This document shows, in pieces, positions 12,830-24,506 of a stretch of 64,000 nt of DNA (within the stretch, counting starts at the first letter, position 1; the number at the start of each line of letters is the position of its first letter). Source of the DNA: Octopus bimaculoides (lineage: Eukaryota); the NCBI RefSeq assembly GCF_001194135.2, contig NC_068998.1, positions 23,315,495 through 23,379,494 on the forward strand, read 5' to 3'. The notes below the pieces were generated by a model, which did not search any database, had not been told where the DNA came from, and saw nothing but the letters and a program-made list of their open reading frames with translations. The translations under genes were made by a program, and so were the position numbers.

Positions 12830-13010
12830 TTCTTTTCTACTCTAGGCACAAGACCCGAAACTTTGGGGGAGGGAGCCAGTCGATTAGATCGACCTCAGTA
12901 CGCGACTGGTACTTAATTCATCGACCCCTAAAAAATGACAGGCAAAGTTGACCTCGATGGAATTTGAGCTCAGAACACAAAAACAGAAGAAATACCGTTA
13001 AGTATCTCAC
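12830..13010 (-). mobile_element. SINE family A, 5'-truncated, junction duplicated
   Basis: Tail CTACTCTAGGCACAAG and core GGCAAAGTTGACCTCGATGGAATTTGAGCTCAGAAC. The head is replaced by non-SINE sequence. Confidence 0.8.
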
Positions 13011-13072
13011 CCAGAAAGTGTCTATTGCATTAAAACAGATCATAAAAAACGAAATACCGCTAAGCATTTCGT

Positions 13073-13699
13073 CCCAGAAAGAGGCTATTGCATTGGAACA
13101 GATCATAAAAACTTTAGTTGATATTGTATATATACCCATTTCAGGATTAGAAGTGTTTCAATAGTCAAAAATATATTGATAAAAAGTTTGGTGTATTTTG
13201 CCAACGTCCTTAATTCTGACGTCCCGATAAAGATCTGTACTGGAGTCACATTGAACACATTTATGGAATATATACGTCTTGATTCAGAGATAAAATGAAC
13301 GTATGGTGCGTCGCCTTCCAGTTTGTATTGTTTTAACTCTTACAAATGTTATATATTTGTAAATAATTTTATATGCAATTTGTCGTCTCCTCCGCAAAAC
13401 GAACATAATGCATTCAAATACTTGATATGTAATTATTTGTGGACTTCCATATTCACAAAAAAAAACCCCATATAATATCGATGCTGTAAACTAAATTTGA
13501 AGAATCGTTACACTTTCAGCCCCGATACTGCAGAATTGAAATGCACTTATATTCCTAGATTACACACAACTAAAACTATCAATTGCGTTACAGTTGATCT
13601 ATGTCCTAGAAAGAGACTATTGCATTGGAACAGATCATAAAAAACTTTAGTTGATATTGTATATATATATCCACTTCAGGATGAGAAGCGTCTCAATAG
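13073..13699 (+). repeat. Local ~95 bp direct duplication (13073-13164 and 13605-13699)
   Basis: Both copies read AGAAAGAG.CTATTGCATTGGAACAGATCATAAAAA(A)CTTTAGTTGATATTGTATATATA...TTCAGGAT.AGAAG.GT.TCAATAG. Confidence 0.9.
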
Positions 13700-14029
13700 A
13701 CTAATCTAATACATATCTTAAAACGCAATTCACATATAGATACATGTTCAATTAAATGAATCAATTCAGTCTAGTCCAAATCAATACTTTCACTGCAAAC
13801 CAGTTGCCACAACATAAGGTAATATAAGGTATTGCCAGCAATTTACTTCGCACTGCATGTATTCAGTTTCCTTTCAATGAGTGTGCCTATGAATATGTCT
13901 AAATACTCTGTCCATGATATATTCTCTCGTGCTTTTACAATGAACATTTTTAAAAGTTCATGTTTTATATTTTATAATGCATTTATACATAAATATAAAG
14001 CGTAGCAAATTAGAAATTATTTGTATATA

Positions 14030-14032
<3 letters not shown>

Positions 14033-14109
<77 letters not shown>
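14033..14109. repeat. (TG)n microsatellite
   Basis: Directly visible. Confidence 0.95.
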
Positions 14110-14110
<1 letters not shown>

Positions 14111-14684
14111 ATTTGTAAAAGTAATAATTTTGTATTCTGTATACAACTTGTAGTATGCAATTTACAGTATGTTCCCAATATTCAGTTACCTGATGTCAAC
14201 AATAGCATGGAGGTATATCACTGAATTTACTTCAGGAATTCTGTGTTTGTAAAAATATGAATTTTCAGAATTACGACGATTGTTTCCACCCATCATGCAT
14301 AGGTAAGTTGCAGGACATGCTGTACAAACGGCTTTGATGTCACGTAGGTGGAAATGCGTTAATTCAGGGGGCTTTTCAAAAAAGTACCTCGTTTCTTCTT
14401 TTCCGTTTTGCTTATTTCTATGACAGTACATGATGGTAATTATAGCATGCTATACGTCTCAAAAATTATCTAAGACATGATAAAAAATTCTTCTCATATA
14501 GGCAATAAAATAAAGCCTTCAAGACTAAAAGGGGAACGAATCAAAAATAAAAATAAAATACATATACGATCAGAAAGAACAAAAATACAATTGTTTAATT
14601 TAATTTTAAGTTTCCTTAACGTAAATAATCCAGTCTATACATATATACACACCACACACACACACAACACACGCATATGAAGAT

Positions 14685-14719
14685 AGATAGATAGATAGAG
14701 AAAGAGAGAGAGAGAGAAA

Positions 14720-14761
<42 letters not shown>

Positions 14762-14763
14762 GA
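14685..14763. repeat. (GATA)n/(GA)n microsatellite
   Basis: Directly visible. Confidence 0.95.
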
Positions 14764-15650
14764 TGCGAGAGTGTACGCAAAAGAAAGCGGAATTTTGCAA
14801 CGTTGTTTCACGCACTTAGTTTTACATGTTTGCACTTTAAACTGTTCTAAATTTGAAGCAATACCTCGTATCAGACGCGTTTTCCATTGTTCGAAGCAGT
14901 TCTGGAACTCTTGCGAAGTGTTGCCTTTTAACGCTTTTGTTACCTCTTTAAAATCTGCAAATTCAATATTGCAAGCTTTCATGACCAGTGATGACCTTCG
15001 GAAAAAAGGTTTGAGTCAACTCACATCTGTTCTGTTCTTTCAGTCCACAAAACGCATTCAGCCGTGACTGCTTTTGATCTTCCGTGAGCAAGCGAGCCGC
15101 AAATTTTGCCGCAACTCATTTCATTCGCAGCTCCTTGTCCAACAGTCTCTGGTAGGAGCTCCAGGTCACAATATGTCATAAACAAGTTCGTCAGTTGTTT
15201 AGTGACAGTCCTGTAAATCCAGTTCCTGAATTTTCATTATGTTTTCAATCGTTTGGGCATTTGACGGTTTCCCTGAAAGAGGTTGGTCTTCAAGCGAACA
15301 GTGACCAATCCTAAAGCGTGAAAACCCCTTGTAAATTTGTGTTTTGCTCATGGCATCTTCTTTGTAAACTGTTTGAGGCATGACAATTGTCCCGGCCGCC
15401 CTTTTTCCCCAGTAGTAAAGAGAATTTCACTGAGGCATGCTGTTTCAGCTACTGTAAAAAAATGACGAACAAGGAAGAAGTACTACAAAACTTACATGCA
15501 CCACGTAGCTGTAAAACCGTAAAGGAAGATGCCGGTCAGTAGATTGATGCCTGAAGGTTGTATCAAGTGGCTTCTAACGTCGAAAGCCCGAAAATCAACG
15601 GGCCTGTCCCAAAGAGAAAATGTTCTGTTACTTTTGGTTACTACTCCGTA
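14764..15650 (-). mobile_element. Internally deleted mariner (Tc1/mariner) DNA transposon with degenerate TIRs
   Basis: N-terminal HTH reads SVKFSLLLGKRAAGTIVMPQTVYKEDAMSKTQIYKGFSRFRIGHCSLEDQPLSGKPS, followed by KVITGHES (GDES motif) and the C-terminus EFQNCFEQWKTRLIRGIASN. Left end TGCGAGAGTGTACGCAAAAGAAAGCGGAA resembles the reverse complement of the right end, TACGGAGTAGTAACCAAAAGTAACAGAA. Confidence 0.85.
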
Positions 15651-15664
15651 TATACACATTCACA

Positions 15665-16020
15665 GGCGCAGGCCTGACCGTGTGGTATGCAGCTTTCTTT
15701 CCGACCACGTGGTTTGGGATTCAGTAGCACAGCAGGAGCTCTTGGGCAGTGTCCACTAATATAGCCTCGTGCCGAACAAAGCCTTGACGCACGTGATTAT
15801 GTGTACCTTTGTGATTGAGTTTCTCCCGTGCTACCGCTTGACAGCCGGTGCTTGTGTACTTACGTCTCTGTAATTTAGCGGTTCGCCAATGATTCCAGTA
15901 GCATAATACCAGGTTAAAAAAAAAAATATTAGGGTAGATGCATACGATTAAAAATTCCTGAAGGCACTGCCCCAGCTTGGCCGCAATCTAATGCCTGAAT
16001 CAAGCAAAAGAAGTAAAAGA
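15665..16020 (+). mobile_element. tRNA-derived SINE family B
   Basis: Head GGCGCAGG..GACCGTGTGGT, CTTGGGCAGTGTC..CTAATATAGCC, GCTTGACAGCCGGTGC and tail CCAGCTTGGCCGCAATCTAATG. Homologous to 21100-21492. Confidence 0.8.
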
Positions 16021-16091
16021 TACAGTGACGTATGTGACTATACATACGTTTAACTATAACCAACACACACGCATACACACAGACGCATAAA

Positions 16092-16322
16092 TATTGGGTT
16101 GTCCGGAAAGTTCGTTCCGATTTTAAAGGAAAGAAAAAGGTCAATAAATACTTGCCATTACATTTTTAATCAACCAAATATGAATCGTTTTGTTGCACAA
16201 TGCGTCTCCATCCTTCCATTGACTTGAAAATGCCCTCTTCCCAGAATTGAGGTAGTTTCATGGCAAATAAGTCGAACAGTAAGCTACTATAAATCGGTAC
16301 GACCCTTCCGGGTAACTGAATA
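16092..16322. mobile_element. Mariner-derived MITE, copy 1 (231 bp)
   Basis: TIR TATTGGGTTGTCCGGAAAGTTCGTTCCGATTT with a degraded right TIR and TA ends. The interior on the minus strand encodes a mariner C-terminus (PPQFWEEGIFKSMEGWRRIVQQNDSYLVD*). Homologous to 55773-56004. Confidence 0.9.
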
Positions 16323-16627
16323 TATGTATATATACATATACACAACTATATGTATGTCTGCACGATACCAAGCCTTAAGTAGTCCTCTATTGCGTCTCTT
16401 AACCATTTTTGTATCTCAATTCCCTCTTTGTTTCGCTAGGCTTCAACATTCGTCTGGTGATATTTCTTGGGATTTCCTAACCTAGATTTTATTTATTAAA
16501 GCTCATATTTGTTTGCTTACGTACTTCGATCCACATACATTTAACTATATATACATATCTATTTATAAACTTACATTTACATACACATCCATGCTCATAC
16601 CTACCTTTATACTCTTTTGCTCTTTTA

Positions 16628-16800
16628 CTCTTTTACTTGTTTCAGTCAAGCAAATTGACCCCTCATCTTATTCTTTGTAAGCCTAGTACTTATTATATCG
16701 ACGTTTTTGCCGAACCGCTATGTGGCGGGGACATAAACACAGCAGCATCGGTTGTCAAGCGATGTTGGCGGGACAAATACCGACACAAAAAACATATACA
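16628..16800 (-). mobile_element. SINE family B 3' half
   Basis: ACTTGTTTCAGTCA, TTATTCTTTGTAAGCCTAGTACTTATT and GCATCGGTTGTCAAGCGATG. The 5' part is probably lost in the gap. Confidence 0.85.
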
Positions 16801-16821
16801 CACACATACGCATATATATAT

Positions 16822-17775
16822 NNNNNNNNNNNNNNNNNNNNNNNNNNNNNNNNNNNNNNNNNNNNNNNNNNNNNNNNNNNNNNNNNNNNNNNNNNNNNNN
16901 NNNNNNNNNNNNNNNNNNNNNNNNNNNNNNNNNNNNNNNNNNNNNNNNNNNNNNNNNNNNNNNNNNNNNNNNNNNNNNNNNNNNNNNNNNNNNNNNNNNN
17001 NNNNNNNNNNNNNNNNNNNNNNNNNNNNNNNNNNNNNNNNNNNNNNNNNNNNNNNNNNNNNNNNNNNNNNNNNNNNNNNNNNNNNNNNNNNNNNNNNNNN
17101 NNNNNNNNNNNNNNNNNNNNNNNNNNNNNNNNNNNNNNNNNNNNNNNNNNNNNNNNNNNNNNNNNNNNNNNNNNNNNNNNNNNNNNNNNNNNNNNNNNNN
17201 NNNNNNNNNNNNNNNNNNNNNNNNNNNNNNNNNNNNNNNNNNNNNNNNNNNNNNNNNNNNNNNNNNNNNNNNNNNNNNNNNNNNNNNNNNNNNNNNNNNN
17301 NNNNNNNNNNNNNNNNNNNNNNNNNNNNNNNNNNNNNNNNNNNNNNNNNNNNNNNNNNNNNNNNNNNNNNNNNNNNNNNNNNNNNNNNNNNNNNNNNNNN
17401 NNNNNNNNNNNNNNNNNNNNNNNNNNNNNNNNNNNNNNNNNNNNNNNNNNNNNNNNNNNNNNNNNNNNNNNNNNNNNNNNNNNNNNNNNNNNNNNNNNNN
17501 NNNNNNNNNNNNNNNNNNNNNNNNNNNNNNNNNNNNNNNNNNNNNNNNNNNNNNNNNNNNNNNNNNNNNNNNNNNNNNNNNNNNNNNNNNNNNNNNNNNN
17601 NNNNNNNNNNNNNNNNNNNNNNNNNNNNNNNNNNNNNNNNNNNNNNNNNNNNNNNNNNNNNNNNNNNNNNNNNNNNNNNNNNNNNNNNNNNNNNNNNNNN
17701 NNNNNNNNNNNNNNNNNNNNNNNNNNNNNNNNNNNNNNNNNNNNNNNNNNNNNNNNNNNNNNNNNNNNNNNNNNN
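16822..17775. other. Assembly gap (N run)
   Basis: Run of N. Confidence 0.99.
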
Positions 17776-18297
17776 TATGTATGCACACGCAAACCTATAT
17801 ATATAATATCTACATAGATACACACACATATACAAATCTCTGTCTATATACACACATACCTCTATATATTCATAATATTCGCAGGTAGATATTAGTAATA
17901 ACTATATGAACACGCATATATACATCTTTTCCAGCTGGCTATACGACACAATATCTGTGTTGTCAGCAGGAAATGATGTTTCATGGGGTTACGCAACAGT
18001 AACAATCGTCCCATCCTGGACAGCCACATTATATTCACAAATATATATATAAGCATACATATGATATAATTTAGAGCAAACAGTAACACTTCACTATAGC
18101 ACTCGGAGTTTCAAATATCGGGGCGAAGAGCTACGATACATTCTCGTTGGCTATTAATGGCAACAGACGATATGAAAAACCGTTGGACAAAAGGGAAGTT
18201 ACTCTAATAGGTAGAAAAATAAAAAGGGAAAACGATAAAAAATACACACAACCATATTCTCACAATATATAGACATAAACCTACTGCGTTCACAACC

Positions 18298-18490
18298 AAT
18301 ACATACACGATTTACTGGAACATCTCAACCAAGTGCAAATCTTATACGAACGGAGGTGGCAAGTGCGGTCTTTGTAATATGGAAATATGGCTCATCTGGA
18401 AATGTTGCTTGCACCCGGCTAAATGTATATATTCAAAAACTGAACCTTTTGGATCACATCGACATTACACAAAATGCCTGTTATTGTTTT
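18298..18490 (+). mobile_element. Penelope-like GIY-YIG C-terminal remnant
   Basis: NTYTIYWNISTKCKSYTNGGGKCGLCNMEIWLIWK...SKTEPFGSHRHYTKCLL matches the PLE pattern W.I...AY.N....C.LC..EK..I...LN..SEL.S.CRH..K.LL. Confidence 0.75.
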
Positions 18491-18844
18491 CGGACCCCCG
18501 AGACCACAGCTACGATGTTCCTGCACATGCTTCCCCATACGTTTTAACTTCCATTAATTTATAATTTTATATTTTTTACATATATTCTTTAATGTTTTCC
18601 TTCTTCCTTTCTAATTGTGTGTGTGTACGTGTGTGTGTATATGTATATGTATGTTTATATAGCAAGTGCATGTGTGTGTCTATTTGTATGTGTATGAATA
18701 TGAATGTAAGACTGTGTCCGGTGCATATGTGCGAGTTTCATGCACATGCCCGTTCATTTATACCGATATGCATATGTTCGTATATATGCGGGAGTGTGAA
18801 TGTACGTCACACATATATATACGTATACTTATACGTAGAAATGT

Positions 18845-19548
18845 NNNNNNNNNNNNNNNNNNNNNNNNNNNNNNNNNNNNNNNNNNNNNNNNNNNNNNNN
18901 NNNNNNNNNNNNNNNNNNNNNNNNNNNNNNNNNNNNNNNNNNNNNNNNNNNNNNNNNNNNNNNNNNNNNNNNNNNNNNNNNNNNNNNNNNNNNNNNNNNN
19001 NNNNNNNNNNNNNNNNNNNNNNNNNNNNNNNNNNNNNNNNNNNNNNNNNNNNNNNNNNNNNNNNNNNNNNNNNNNNNNNNNNNNNNNNNNNNNNNNNNNN
19101 NNNNNNNNNNNNNNNNNNNNNNNNNNNNNNNNNNNNNNNNNNNNNNNNNNNNNNNNNNNNNNNNNNNNNNNNNNNNNNNNNNNNNNNNNNNNNNNNNNNN
19201 NNNNNNNNNNNNNNNNNNNNNNNNNNNNNNNNNNNNNNNNNNNNNNNNNNNNNNNNNNNNNNNNNNNNNNNNNNNNNNNNNNNNNNNNNNNNNNNNNNNN
19301 NNNNNNNNNNNNNNNNNNNNNNNNNNNNNNNNNNNNNNNNNNNNNNNNNNNNNNNNNNNNNNNNNNNNNNNNNNNNNNNNNNNNNNNNNNNNNNNNNNNN
19401 NNNNNNNNNNNNNNNNNNNNNNNNNNNNNNNNNNNNNNNNNNNNNNNNNNNNNNNNNNNNNNNNNNNNNNNNNNNNNNNNNNNNNNNNNNNNNNNNNNNN
19501 NNNNNNNNNNNNNNNNNNNNNNNNNNNNNNNNNNNNNNNNNNNNNNNN
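18845..19548. other. Assembly gap (N run)
   Basis: Run of N. Confidence 0.99.
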
Positions 19549-20355
19549 GTGTAAGAATATGGTTGTGTGTATTTTTTATCATTTTTATCTTTTTCATTTC
19601 TCTACATATTAGTAAGTTCCCTTTTATCCGACGATTTTTCATACCGGCTTTTGCCTTTAAAAGTCGACGAAAATATATCGTGAGTTAATCACTTATTACA
19701 TTAAGCACTTAAATACAATTTAAACTTATTATATAATAATTACCGAAAAGATTATTATAATTAATAAATGAAATATTTGAATGCCTTTCTAAATTTATGG
19801 TGACATCATAAACTTAAGTGCCCATTTAAAATTCAATAAAATTAATTTAGAAGTAATTATAAAATATAATTCTTCGAGGCAAATATCATAATTGGAATTA
19901 GAATTAGCAATGTTATACGAGAGTGCATAAAAGATAATAGATCTCCTTCAATCATATCTTATATTAAATTCCACATACATTTACTAAGATTAGTAGAATT
20001 ACATTTTCTTCTACATTTAAAGGAATTGGAATGATAATAAAATCTAGATTTTTAAGTAGTAGTAGAAGAACAACATATAACAATACTTATGATGTCTAAA
20101 GTTATGAATTAAAATTATATTGCTTTATACTGAGTGTTTTCTTGATATCAGCCAGGATTTTTTAATCCCATCCTTTTCTTACACACACACACACACTCAC
20201 AGATACATTAAAATATACGTATGTGTATATATTCATTATACTTGTATACAGGTACATGGATATATGCAGGAATCAGTTATAAGTTTGTGTTATATACACA
20301 TAGATCCAACTATGTATATATGTATGTGTATATATATATATACATACATATATAT

Positions 20356-20770
20356 NNNNNNNNNNNNNNNNNNNNNNNNNNNNNNNNNNNNNNNNNNNNN
20401 NNNNNNNNNNNNNNNNNNNNNNNNNNNNNNNNNNNNNNNNNNNNNNNNNNNNNNNNNNNNNNNNNNNNNNNNNNNNNNNNNNNNNNNNNNNNNNNNNNNN
20501 NNNNNNNNNNNNNNNNNNNNNNNNNNNNNNNNNNNNNNNNNNNNNNNNNNNNNNNNNNNNNNNNNNNNNNNNNNNNNNNNNNNNNNNNNNNNNNNNNNNN
20601 NNNNNNNNNNNNNNNNNNNNNNNNNNNNNNNNNNNNNNNNNNNNNNNNNNNNNNNNNNNNNNNNNNNNNNNNNNNNNNNNNNNNNNNNNNNNNNNNNNNN
20701 NNNNNNNNNNNNNNNNNNNNNNNNNNNNNNNNNNNNNNNNNNNNNNNNNNNNNNNNNNNNNNNNNNNNNN
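20356..20770. other. Assembly gap (N run)
   Basis: Run of N. Confidence 0.99.
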
Positions 20771-21099
20771 TTTTATTATATTTATCTTATGATATTTACT
20801 TTACTTTATATTATACTCATTTATTGTGCTTTTAATTATTAATTTTTCTATATGTGATAGTGGATTTTCATCGATGAGTTCTTGAAAATTGGTTATTTTC
20901 CCTAAAACTATATATATTTTATATATACTTTATCTATAAGGCTCAATTTAATTTTTTATAAATTGATTTTAATTGAGTTTTTTACCTGTAATTTTGGATT
21001 TTGTCCCTAATAATATTATTATATATATATATACATATATATACGTGTGTGTGTGTGTGTGTTTATACATACAGTCATACATACAGAGATTTACATATT

Positions 21100-21292
21100 G
21101 GCGCAGGAGTGGCTGTGTGATGAGAAACTTCCTTCCAATGCACATGCTTTCGGGTTCAGTCCCAGTGCGTGGAATCTTGAGTGTGTTCTGGTATAGACCT
21201 GGGCCGACCAAACCCTTCTGAGGGGTTCTCTTAGACGGAAACAGAAGAAGTCCGTCGTACATGAGTGTGCATGTGTGTGCGTGCGTGTGTAC

Positions 21293-21340
<48 letters not shown>

Positions 21341-21492
21341 GCGTGTGTGTGTATGTGTGTGTGTATGTGTGTGATGTTGATGTGTCTGTCCCCGCAACTT
21401 AGTGGTTCGTGAAAATAGAGTGATGAATAAGTACTAGGCTTACAATGAATAAGTCCTGGGGTGAAATGACTGAAACATGTAAGAGTAAAAGA
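21100..21492 (+). mobile_element. SINE family B with internal microsatellite
   Basis: Head GGCGCAGGAGTGGCTGTGTG, B-box GGGTTCAGTCC, GGGCCGACCAAA, internal (TA)/(TG)n and tail GAATAAGTACTAGGCTTACAATGAATAAGTCCTGGGG...TGACTGAAACA. Confidence 0.9.
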
Positions 21493-22099
21493 AGAAAAGA
21501 ACTTCATTGACATATACATGTATATAGATATAATTTAAAGATCATGCCATTTAGTGCGATCTGAATAATATTCACATAATACTTACTGGTAATGTTATAT
21601 CAGTGCATATAAAGAGGAAGAAAAATACATTAAGCTCGGTGAGTATAGACAGTCACAGTAGAATGTTAAGTAAATATCGCTATGAAATCGTGAAAAACTG
21701 TACTGAAGTATATAGTTTGAAACTTTCATATTTTTCGAAGCACATGATATTTAAGGTGTCTTCACACAATAAAATGCGCACCGATTTGTCGTATGAAGAA
21801 AACGCGTGTTAGGGGTGTGCATTTTTTAGTTAGCACTAAGTGATACTAATTTTCATTCCAACCTCTCTTTGTCTCCGTAGTAGGTTCTCTTGTCAGATAG
21901 AATGCCTCTTATCAATTCTGCTGAAACTGACAACATGGTCCCGATATTGTTTTTTTTTTAATCTGCAGACGCACCTATACGCACATATGCGCCTCATCTT
22001 ATTACCGCGCAGCTGTGACGTAATATATATGGACACGCGCTTTTGTTGCTAATTCTACAACTGTTTCCAATTATTATATTACCCTTTCCTTTTTTTTTT

Positions 22100-22900
22100 C
22101 TTTCATTTCTGGTATTTTCTTCCATAATTTCTTCATTTATGTGGCTTTAAGTGGCTTTTGTTCTGTTCATTGCTGCTCTAATGAGTATTATGAGCATTCT
22201 CTGTACTTGTTTATACCATTAATTTTGTAATTAGAGGCAACTGTTTGACCTGTTTTTGTTTGTTTTTTTTTAAATCATAAATCTTAGATGAACTGTCCTT
22301 TTTTATTCCCTCACGTTCTATTTGTGTTCTGGTTTAATCGTCTTATTATTAATTTTATGTTTAAAGTATTCTAGATTACTAGAATATGCATATGATATCT
22401 TCAGTGTGCCTGATAAAGATCTTGTGGCTTTTAATGGATTTGAGAAAACATTTATCCAATAGGGCAAACAATTCCTTAGGTATTTGTAATCCGTAGATAG
22501 AATTAAACTACAGAGATCATCAAATTCCCTATTTCATTTGTTCTATTTATTGTTCATAATGTGCGATATGGAGGTGTCCTATTTAATGTTCCCTATTTTC
22601 AGCTCCTTATTTATAGTTTAATCTGACTGACACTCTCAGTATTGTGTTTACAAGTGTGTGCCATTATGCGAGTTTTAGTTCGCTTAGTTTCATATCTACT
22701 ACAATTAGCAATATTTTTCGCGTGCATCTATTCTATTTTTTTCGTATATCCAGCCGAAGCTAAAGCAGCATTATGAATACGGTGAATGTGCGTTAAAATT
22801 TGCTTCCATCGCTGATAGTTTTGATATTCTATTAGATATGTTTTTTACTACTCATTTTATTAAAGATGAGTGATTTGACTGTACATTAATGTACCTCAGG
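22100..22900 (-). mobile_element. Penelope-like (Neptune-type) linker region remnant
   Basis: Minus frames give FNAHSPY, HNAALASAGYTKK, NRTPPY and KELFALLDKCFLKSIKSHKIFIRHT.KISYAYSSN. These match the PLE linker (YNNAL..SGY; NPPY; FL.LIDKHFP..HKLHKIFNRNT.KISYS). Confidence 0.7.
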
Positions 22901-23055
22901 TCATCATTTAGCTTGTGGAAAGGCTCAGATAACCAACCATGTGCTTAAACTAAAAGTTGCATCTAGAAAATTTATAGTAGAATAATTAATTTTATGGCAA
23001 CAGAAAACATAACATTCTTTAATTATTTCAAAATTAGTTTTCTATTTTTCTCCTT

Positions 23056-23083
23056 ACACACACACACACACACACACACATAG

Positions 23084-23114
<31 letters not shown>

Positions 23115-23131
23115 AACACACACACACGCAC
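23056..23131. repeat. (CA)n microsatellite
   Basis: Directly visible. Confidence 0.95.
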
Positions 23132-23189
23132 ACGTATGTGTGTCTATAATTACCTACTTGTAACGCAGTATAATTTTGAAAACATCAGT

Positions 23190-23304
23190 GAGTTGGTGTA
23201 TTTACCCTAATAAGACGAAAGTGTTGCCAGGTTGCGGTCACTAAATCGAACTCGTACCCATTAGATACAAGTTGAGCGCTTTACCATTAAGCTAGATTGC
23301 GCCC
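23190..23304 (-). mobile_element. tRNA-derived SINE head (family C-like)
   Basis: Minus strand GGGCGCAATCTAGCTTAATGGTAAAGCGCTC...GAGTTCGATT contains A- and B-box-like motifs, then CCTGGCAACACTTT. It does not fold into a cloverleaf. Confidence 0.55.
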
Positions 23305-24439
23305 TCACAACAATTACCGTCAACTTTAAAGCTAGATGTTTGCTTTTTGAATGCGATAACATTTTCTAAAAGAACTGTGTATTATGCAGACAAATAAGTA
23401 AATTTCGCACGCAGTATAGCAGTGAAAAGCAGAAAGACTGGGTATTTTCATTAACTTTCCGTCTTCCAGCAATACCAAAAGATCTCCGTATAGTTCTGCC
23501 TCAATACATTACGTACGGTATTGGCATATTCTATGACCGTGACACTAAATATTAAGGGATTGTGACAGAATACATTCCATTAGTTAGTTCGAGCGGGGCC
23601 AAACTACTATTAACTGCAGCACCAGCATCATCACCAACACCAGCAATATCATCACATGAAAATTGTGTTTTTTACGGCTCTTTTATAATGAGATAGGTTA
23701 TTGACATCAGTTGGTCGAATAATTGCATCTGTCCTTTTGAATTGATGATTGGTTGAAGGTTGAACTTTAGTTCAATGTGAAGAACTGGGTTGCCAGACAA
23801 AAAAATCTCATAAACCAAATTTATTCTTCCATCATTAGCTACATCAGAGGAAAATGTATTATTGATACATTGAACTGATGTCACTAGTTTATAGCCAAGC
23901 TTGAGCTCATATGAAAATAATTGCACAACAAATATCAATTTTCTCCTGGGTAGGAAAAATCAATTCAAACTTTATTTAGATTCTGAAACATACAAAACAA
24001 TGGGCTAGTAAAATGACATAGATATTACATAATTGTACTACAATAAATGCTGTTAGAATTGCATTCGTTTTTGAATGGCCAACACTATTTCATCTCTCCC
24101 AGAAGATTTATTTCACTCTTGTCAACCGATAGTATATACACCGATTTTCCAGGAGACAAATAGGAAGCATATACATATACATAGATGTATGCATATTTGC
24201 ATTTATACTCATAGCTATCCAAATATATATGCATAACTGTATGCATATTTTACGAAGGGTAATTAGTAATCACATCAAAGTTATTTAAGTAATAAATAAA
24301 TGCTGCTTGCGTATTTGATGTATTGACTAGCTTAGTTAAATGTTGTCTTTTTACGTTTCCAACGCGCATATTAATATACAAACAAACCCACATTCACAGT
24401 CGCATACATCGTTACAAACATAGACGTACATGCAAATAC

Positions 24440-24472
24440 ACATACACACACACGCACTCACACACACACACA

Positions 24473-24506
<34 letters not shown>
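24440..24506. repeat. (CA)n microsatellite
   Basis: Directly visible. Confidence 0.95.

Noticed and set aside
23233-23304. Functional tRNA gene
   Set aside because: A- and B-box-like motifs are present, but the acceptor and anticodon stems do not pair, so it is treated as a SINE head.
23672-23938. 88 aa minus-strand ORF as a coding exon
   Set aside because: All three frames from the nearest strong acceptor (23982) hit stops before the ORF, and no homology was recognised.
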